Origin: Actinomycetota bacterium
Lineage (GTDB): Bacteria; Actinomycetota; Thermoleophilia; UBA2241
Length of the DNA: 64,000 nucleotides
Direction: 5' to 3'
NCBI GenBank assembly: GCA_003132585.1
Contig: PKYG01000023.1
Span: 11,841 to 75,840 of the forward strand
The notes beneath the pieces are model-generated. The model saw only the letters and a program-made list of their open reading frames with translations. It was not told the DNA's origin and ran no database searches. The position numbers were made by a program, and so were the translations under genes. Below are positions 58,302 through 64,000 of the stretch, piece by piece (within the stretch, counting starts at the first letter, position 1; the number at the start of each line of letters is the position of its first letter).

Positions 58302-61300
58302 CTACACCGCCAGCGCCTCTCCCCTGATCTGCTCGTACACCTGCTTGAGCAGGTGCCGGCTAACCGCCCCGCGGAACTCCTTGTCGTCGAGGAACTTGGC
58401 AGTGATCGCCTCGTTCTGGTCCATGCGATCGATGAACAGTCCCTCCAGCGCCTTGTCGAAGACGAGCTTGAACGCCTCGATCTCGTTGGCGACGGCCGCT
58501 TGCTGCAGCTTTTCGTCGGCGATCGCCTCCTCGCGGATTTGACTGAAGAAGAGCTCGTCGGCTTCAGTGAACGACGTGCCGAACCGCTCATTGATGATCT
58601 CGATGAGCTTCGAGAGCTCGACCTTCTCGTCCTCGACCAGGCCGGTGCCGACCTCGGTCGGTCCATCGACCACGCCGCCTGCGCCCTTGGTCAGCTCAAT
58701 CTGCCCCTCACTGATCTTCTGCAAGCGGTAGTACTTGAGCGCGACCTCGTCGTCGAAGTGATACTGCGGGCCGGTCCCTCGCCGCGGCAGCTTGGGGATG
58801 AGGAAGCGCACGAACGTGTAGAGCTTCTCTAAGTCCGTGTCGCCGTAGGGAATCACCTGTGAGAGGAAGGCATAGAGATTGCGGAAGGCAACGAGCTTGC
58901 CGCGGAACTCCTCGCACTCCTCCTCCCCGTGTTCGCCGGCACGGCGCTCGACAAACCGCTGCACGGCCTTGTCGAGCCAGGCGTTGAGCTTGGCGTGGTC
59001 GGCGGGCGTCTGCTCGCTCTTCGGCTGGAAGAACACGCTGCAGAAGCCCTCGACCTCGTCGAGGTAGTAGATCTGGGCGTCGTTCAGCTCGGTCTGCAGC
59101 GCGTAGAGCTGCTCCGGTGTGGCCTGCTCGCCGACGGCGGTGACCTCGTAATAGGGCTGGAACGAGCGCAAGATCTCCTCGCGCTCGTTGACGAAGTCCA
59201 GGACGAAGGTGTCCTCCTTACCGGGGGCGGTGCGGTTAAGCCGGGAGAGCGTCTGCACTGCCTGCACGCCGGAGAGGCGCTTGTCGACGTACATCGTGTG
59301 CAACAGCGGCTGGTCGAAGCCGGTCTGGTACTTCTCGGCGACAAGCAGGAGCTGGTAGTCGTCGCCGGCGAACTTCTCCGGCAGCGCCCTCTCCTTGATG
59401 CCGAGGTTCATGCCTACCTCGGTGTAGGCCTTGCTGGGCAGGTTGGGGTCGAACACCTCGCCTGAGAAGGCGACGAGCGTCTTGATGTCTGAGTAGCCCT
59501 TCTCTGCGATCTGCCGGTCGAACTCCTGCTTGTAGCGCACGGCGTGGAGCCGCGAGCTCGTCACCACCATCGCCTTGGCCCGACCGCCGATCTTGTGCCT
59601 AGTGTGCTGGCGAAAATGCTCGAGCATCACCTCGGTCTTCTGCGCGATGTTGTGAGGGTGCAGGCTCATGAAACGCGCCAGCGCCTTGGCCGCCTTCTTC
59701 TTTTCGACCTCGGGGTCGTCTTCGGCCGACTTGATCAGCCCGTAGTAGGTCTTGTAGGTCGTGTACTGGGCAAGCACGTCTAAGATGAAGCCCTCCTCGA
59801 TCGCCTGGCGCATGCTGTAGAGGTGGAAGGGCACAGGCTTGCCGTCGACGCCGGGACGCCCGAAGACTTCGAGCGTCTTGTACTTCGGTGTCGCCGTGAA
59901 GCCGAAGAAGCTCAGGTTGGGCTGACGGCCGCGGGCGGCCATCGCCCTGATGACCTCCTCCTGGTAGTCATCGAGGCCATCGTCGGCGGCCTCCTCGGCC
60001 GCTTGCTCGGCGAGGTGCGCTCCGGCGAGCACTGTCTTCATCGTGGCGGCGCTCTCGCCACTCTGCGAGCTGTGCGCCTCATCGACGATCACGGCGTAGC
60101 GGCGCTTGGCGAGCTCGCCGATCTTCTCGGTGACGAAGGGGAACTTCTGCAGCGTCGTGATGATGATCGCGGTGCCAGCCTCGAGCGCCTCGGCGAGCTG
60201 GGTCGAGTTCTCGTCGATCTTTTCCACCACGCCCTGCTTGTGTTCGAACTGGTAGATCGTGTCCTGGAGCTGCTTGTCGAGGACGCGGCGGTCGGTGACC
60301 ACGACGACGCTGTCGAATACCTTCTCGTCGTCGACTGAGTGCAGGCTCGCCAGGCGATGCGCGAGCCAGGCGATCGAGTTGCTCTTGCCGCTGCCCGCCG
60401 AGTGCTGGATCAGGTAGTTCTCACCGGCGCCCTTAGCGCGGGCGTCGGCCTCCGCTTTGCGCACGCAGTCGAGCTGGTGGTAGCGCGGGAAGATCATCGT
60501 TTCACGACGTACCGTCTTGCCGCCGAGCTTCTTCTCATCGACCTGCAGATGGAGGAAGCGCGCGAGGATGTCCATCAGGCTGTCGCGCGCCAGCACCTGC
60601 TCCCACAGGTAAGCCGTCTTGTAGCCGTCGGGGTTCACGGGGTTGCCGGCGGCCGTGCCGTCGCCCTTGTTGAAGGGCAGGAAGCTGGTCCCTTTCAGGG
60701 CCAGCTTCGTCGCCGTGTAGACCTCGTCGGGGTCGATGGCGAAGTGCACCAGCGTGCGCAGCTTGAAGCGGAAGATCGTTTCGCCGGGGTCGCGGTCGCT
60801 CTTGTACTGCCACACAGCGTCGCGCCAGGTCTGGCCGCTTATCGGGTTCTTGAGCTCGGCGGTAACGATCGTCAGACCGTTGAGGCTCAGGACGAGGTCA
60901 ATCGAGTTCTCGTTGGCGAGGCTGTACTTGAGCTGGCGCGTGACCGTGAGGCGGTTCGACTCGTAGAGCGCCTGCGTCTCGGGGTTCATGCCGTGAGCGG
61001 GGGCGAAGTAGGCGAGGTGGAGCTGCTTGCCGTAGCATTTGAAACCGTGACGGAGCACGTCGAGGGAACCGCGCGCCGCGAGAGCGCCAAGAAGGTTGTC
61101 GAGGACGGTGGCCTCGGTCTGCTCGCCGAGGAGCGCCTCGAGCTTGGCCCACGTCTTGGGCTGCGAGGCACGCAGGAAGTTGAACAACTCGCCGCGGTCG
61201 AGGGCAAGCTCACGGTCGAAGTCTGCGGGATTGCCTTTGAGGTAGCCGCCACGGGTGAGCAGGCTCTCTTCGATGGCGATCTCGAAGGCAATCTCCTTGT

Positions 61301-61313
61301 GGTCGACCGGCAT
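58302..61313 (-). CDS. hsdR: Type I restriction endonuclease R subunit
   Basis: N-terminal HsdR_N (MPVDHKEIAFEIAIEESLL…), SF2 helicase motifs (…VVTDRRVLDKQ…, …VIVDEAHSSQSG…), C-terminal helical domain; 1003 aa. Confidence 0.9.
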   Translation of the reverse strand: MPVDHKEIAFEIAIEESLLTRGGYLKGNPADFDRELALDRGELFNFLRASQPKTWAKLEALLGEQTEATVLDNLLGALAARGSLDVLRHGFKCYGKQLHLAYFAPAHGMNPETQALYESNRLTVTRQLKYSLANENSIDLVLSLNGLTIVTAELKNPISGQTWRDAVWQYKSDRDPGETIFRFKLRTLVHFAIDPDEVYTATKLALKGTSFLPFNKGDGTAAGNPVNPDGYKTAYLWEQVLARDSLMDILARFLHLQVDEKKLGGKTVRRETMIFPRYHQLDCVRKAEADARAKGAGENYLIQHSAGSGKSNSIAWLAHRLASLHSVDDEKVFDSVVVVTDRRVLDKQLQDTIYQFEHKQGVVEKIDENSTQLAEALEAGTAIIITTLQKFPFVTEKIGELAKRRYAVIVDEAHSSQSGESAATMKTVLAGAHLAEQAAEEAADDGLDDYQEEVIRAMAARGRQPNLSFFGFTATPKYKTLEVFGRPGVDGKPVPFHLYSMRQAIEEGFILDVLAQYTTYKTYYGLIKSAEDDPEVEKKKAAKALARFMSLHPHNIAQKTEVMLEHFRQHTRHKIGGRAKAMVVTSSRLHAVRYKQEFDRQIAEKGYSDIKTLVAFSGEVFDPNLPSKAYTEVGMNLGIKERALPEKFAGDDYQLLLVAEKYQTGFDQPLLHTMYVDKRLSGVQAVQTLSRLNRTAPGKEDTFVLDFVNEREEILRSFQPYYEVTAVGEQATPEQLYALQTELNDAQIYYLDEVEGFCSVFFQPKSEQTPADHAKLNAWLDKAVQRFVERRAGEHGEEECEEFRGKLVAFRNLYAFLSQVIPYGDTDLEKLYTFVRFLIPKLPRRGTGPQYHFDDEVALKYYRLQKISEGQIELTKGAGGVVDGPTEVGTGLVEDEKVELSKLIEIINERFGTSFTEADELFFSQIREEAIADEKLQQAAVANEIEAFKLVFDKALEGLFIDRMDQNEAITAKFLDDKEFRGAVSRHLLKQVYEQIRGEALAV

Positions 61314-62623
61314 CAGCTCGCCTCCTTCGCGCTCTCGCGTACGTCAAACTGGCCGGTGACGGCGGCGGTGACGAGGGCGGTGCGATACTCATGAAACAGG
61401 GATGACGCTCTCCGGATTTCATTGGTGAGGCTGTCTATCCTTGCTGTCTCGGCGTCGAGATGCGCGGCAATGGCTAGCTGCTCTTCGCGGGGAGGTATCG
61501 CCACCTGCAGGCCCCGTGTGTCCTTCTGGTCAAGCCCCGGCACGGCCGACTTCCCAGATTCGGCGGCAGTAATGCCAGCAGACAGCGAGAGCAGAAGCCA
61601 GTACACGAATCGAGGCTCGTTTCCCCAGAAGTCCCGAACGTAGAGTGCGGTGTTGTGCGGCCAAAATGCTGAGTCCAGCCAGTACACAGACCCGATGGAC
61701 CCATATCGACCGGTTACGACTCCAGGGGGTTCCACCGGCCCCACGGAATGCGAGTCCACGATGCCACCAGATGACACAACGGGAAAGTCACCGGGTTCTC
61801 GTTCATCGGCGGGCAGGTCGAATCCGCGCTGCAGCGAGGCCACTTTGCCAAATGACCGCACATTGTAGTGGGCTGGTATGCGTCCCAGCGTCTGGATGCC
61901 CGAGTCTCTCATCGGCACGTCGAGGTCGAGGCCCTTGGTCACGGCGTGACTGATGAGAGCGGCACGCTTCTCCTGCAGCAGCTCAACCAGGCGCTGCTTC
62001 TTCGCCACCAGCGCGTCAATCTTCTCCGTCTCGCGGTCGAGGAAATCGGCGATTGCAGATTGTTCCGACACAGGCGGTAGCATCACGTTGAGTTGCTTCA
62101 CAATCGCAGAGTTGAGGCCAGCCATGATTGAACCCTTGGACTCGGCCACAACTTGAGTCCGGATGTACTCGGCCTCATGAAGGACCGTAGCGCCAAACCC
62201 AGACTGGAGAAGCTTCTGATTGACGCGCAGCCTCAACAAATGCGAGTCCATTATGCCGACGGGCGCATCAGCAGGCACGACCGCGCATCGGCCGGCGGTG
62301 CCCATCATCGTCAGAAGGACATCCCCGGGCGCCACTGTGTATGCGGAGAAGTCCTTGAGCCGATCGAATCCCAGAAAGCGTCGGGCGAAGGAGAAGTCGC
62401 AGCTGAGCACGTTTTCCTGGCCGTAGATGGGCACTCCGCTCTCAGCTAGAGAATCGAGGCGCAGTTCGCTGCCGAAGGGACCAATCTTGATGCCCTCTTG
62501 GCCCGGCTTGAGCAGCCTTTTCAAAGGGCTGATTGTCCATCCCGAGGGCAGCCGCTCCCCCGCAAGCCTTCTTGTCGCCATTGCATCACGAATAGGAGCG
62601 TCGGCGGCGGCCCTGAGCATCAC
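61313..62623 (-). CDS. hsdS: Type I restriction-modification specificity subunit (two target-recognition domains)
   Basis: Two Methylase_S TRDs with conserved spacer helices. Overlaps hsdM (ATGA) and abuts hsdR. Confidence 0.85.
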   Translation of the reverse strand: MMLRAAADAPIRDAMATRRLAGERLPSGWTISPLKRLLKPGQEGIKIGPFGSELRLDSLAESGVPIYGQENVLSCDFSFARRFLGFDRLKDFSAYTVAPGDVLLTMMGTAGRCAVVPADAPVGIMDSHLLRLRVNQKLLQSGFGATVLHEAEYIRTQVVAESKGSIMAGLNSAIVKQLNVMLPPVSEQSAIADFLDRETEKIDALVAKKQRLVELLQEKRAALISHAVTKGLDLDVPMRDSGIQTLGRIPAHYNVRSFGKVASLQRGFDLPADEREPGDFPVVSSGGIVDSHSVGPVEPPGVVTGRYGSIGSVYWLDSAFWPHNTALYVRDFWGNEPRFVYWLLLSLSAGITAAESGKSAVPGLDQKDTRGLQVAIPPREEQLAIAAHLDAETARIDSLTNEIRRASSLFHEYRTALVTAAVTGQFDVRESAKEAS

Positions 62624-64000
62624 ACAGTCTCCCGCCTGCTTGAGCTCCCCGCATTGCTCCTAAGTGCATCCAAGATCTCGGCCTCTAATGCCTTGATGTC
62701 GGCCTCTATGTCCTTGAGCGGCCGCGGCGGCACATACTTGTAGAAGTAGCGGTTGAAGTTGATCTCGTAACCCACCTTGGTCTTGGCCTCGTCAACCCAG
62801 GCGTCGGGCACGTAGGGCAGCACCTCGCGCACCATGTACTCTCCGATGTCCTCGCCGAGAGGGACGTTCTCGGTGTCGCGCAGCTCAGGGTCCGGCTCGG
62901 AGTTGCCCTTGGCATCGAGACAGACTGAGGCCGTCTCGTGGCGCTCTGAGAGCGTAGTCAAGACGGCCTTCTTCAATGGAACATCGAGCTTGAGGCCGGC
63001 GACCTCGGCGGCGCTCGCGAGCGCCGCCTCGAACGCTTGCCTGTCCGTGAACGGCTCGCCGGGCACACCGCGCAGCATCGCGAGCACAGCACCTTGGTCG
63101 GCGACCTTCTGCCAAGCCATCGCCGCCTGCAGCCGCTCGAGCCGCTCCTTGCTTGCCTGGAAGTTCAGCCGCAGCGGCCGCTCCACCGTGATCTTGCGGT
63201 AGCCGAGATACTCGTTGGCGAAGATCTTGCAGTGCTCGCCGTCGGCGAACTCGCCGTAGATGCGTGTGATCTCGGCGATGTGCTCATCGCTCAGCTCGTT
63301 GCGCTTGTTGCCGAGACTCTTGCGCATCTTCTGGCTGAAACCCGTCGCATCGATGAGCTGCACCTTGCCCTGGCGCTCAGGACGCTTGCGGTTGGTCACG
63401 ATCCAGAAGTACGTGCTGATGCCGGTGTTGTAGAAGAGCTGGTCGGGCAGCGCGGCAACGGCCTCGAGCCAGTCATTCTCGATGATCCAGCGGCGGATGT
63501 TGCTCTCGCCCGAACCGGCGTCGCCCGTAAACAGCGGCGAGCCGTTGAAGACGATCGCCAGCCGTGAACCCTCGGGCTTCATCTTGCTGATCATGTGCTG
63601 CAGGAAGAGGAACGAGCCGTCGTTGATTCGCGGCAGACCGGCGCCGAAGCGGCCGTCGAAGCCGAGCGAGTCAGCCTCGTCACGGATGAAGTGCTCCTGC
63701 GGCTTCCATTCCACCCCGAATGGCGGGTTGGCAAGCAGGTAGTCGAAGCGCGCGCCGGCATGGCCGTCGTTGGTGAAGCTGTCGCCGAACTTCACGTTCT
63801 CGAGGTTCTGACCCTTCATCATCAGGTCGCTGCCACAGATCGCGTACGACTCGGGGTTGTACTCCTGACCGAAGCACTCGAGGCGCGCCTGCGGGTTGAG
63901 CTCGCGCAGGTAGTCCTCAGCCACCGAAAGCATGCCGCCCGTGCCACACGCGGGGTCACACAGAGTGCGCACGATCCCGGGCTTAACGAGGACCTCGGTG
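62620..64000 (-). CDS. hsdM: Type I restriction-modification N6-adenine DNA methyltransferase, N-terminus lies beyond the window end
   Basis: Motif I …LCDPACGTGGML…, motif IV …NPPFG…. The reading frame stays open to position 64000 (…TEVLVKPGIVRTLCDP…). Confidence 0.9.
   Translation of the reverse strand, partial: TEVLVKPGIVRTLCDPACGTGGMLSVAEDYLRELNPQARLECFGQEYNPESYAICGSDLMMKGQNLENVKFGDSFTNDGHAGARFDYLLANPPFGVEWKPQEHFIRDEADSLGFDGRFGAGLPRINDGSFLFLQHMISKMKPEGSRLAIVFNGSPLFTGDAGSGESNIRRWIIENDWLEAVAALPDQLFYNTGISTYFWIVTNRKRPERQGKVQLIDATGFSQKMRKSLGNKRNELSDEHIAEITRIYGEFADGEHCKIFANEYLGYRKITVERPLRLNFQASKERLERLQAAMAWQKVADQGAVLAMLRGVPGEPFTDRQAFEAALASAAEVAGLKLDVPLKKAVLTTLSERHETASVCLDAKGNSEPDPELRDTENVPLGEDIGEYMVREVLPYVPDAWVDEAKTKVGYEINFNRYFYKYVPPRPLKDIEADIKALEAEILDALRSNAGSSSRRETV

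Overview
High-GC (about two-thirds G+C by eye) bacterial chromosomal segment. Gene content suggests an actinobacterium-like or Chloroflexi-like lineage, but the organism cannot be assigned from sequence alone. Three blocks are visible. (1) 1-22.3 kb is a large cell-envelope glycopolymer/exopolysaccharide locus: a NodB-type deacetylase, six GT2 genes and one GT4 gene, a pyruvyl transferase, two Wzx/PST-type flippases, a polymerase-like polytopic membrane protein, a secreted GH16-like hydrolase with tandem repeats, and a teichoic-acid-type pair (TagF-like glycerophosphotransferase plus TagD cytidylyltransferase). (2) 22.9-33.5 kb is a molybdenum block: moeA; a Tat-exported bis-MGD oxidoreductase with FeS subunit, NrfD-type membrane anchor, TorD-like chaperone and an extra poly-ferredoxin; a MOT1-family molybdate transporter; mobB; and a disrupted mobA. 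The divergent promoter region of this block carries two inverted, sense-oriented copies of a ~105-nt structured leader element, a candidate Moco-type riboswitch. (3) 36.0-58.3 kb is an integrase- and IS-associated island of mixed GC. It carries nickel-pincer cofactor genes larE-larB-larC(N-domain only) in one operon with a CbbQ/NorQ-type AAA+ ATPase, a CbbO/NorD-type VWA protein, a BKACE enzyme, a DUF362 protein and a small membrane protein, but no recognisable larA. It also carries lutC and a lutB-lutA fusion, a GntR regulator, a truncated glcD-like gene, a lipoprotein, an MBL-fold hydrolase and IS3/IS110 elements. A type I restriction-modification operon (hsdM-hsdS-hsdR, running off the window) follows. 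A multi-copy ~100-350-nt intergenic element family with compensatory base changes occurs at five intergenic sites. No rRNA, tRNA or CRISPR array was recognised. Many long Arg/Pro-rich ORFs in the track are antisense or other-frame artefacts of the high GC and were not called.
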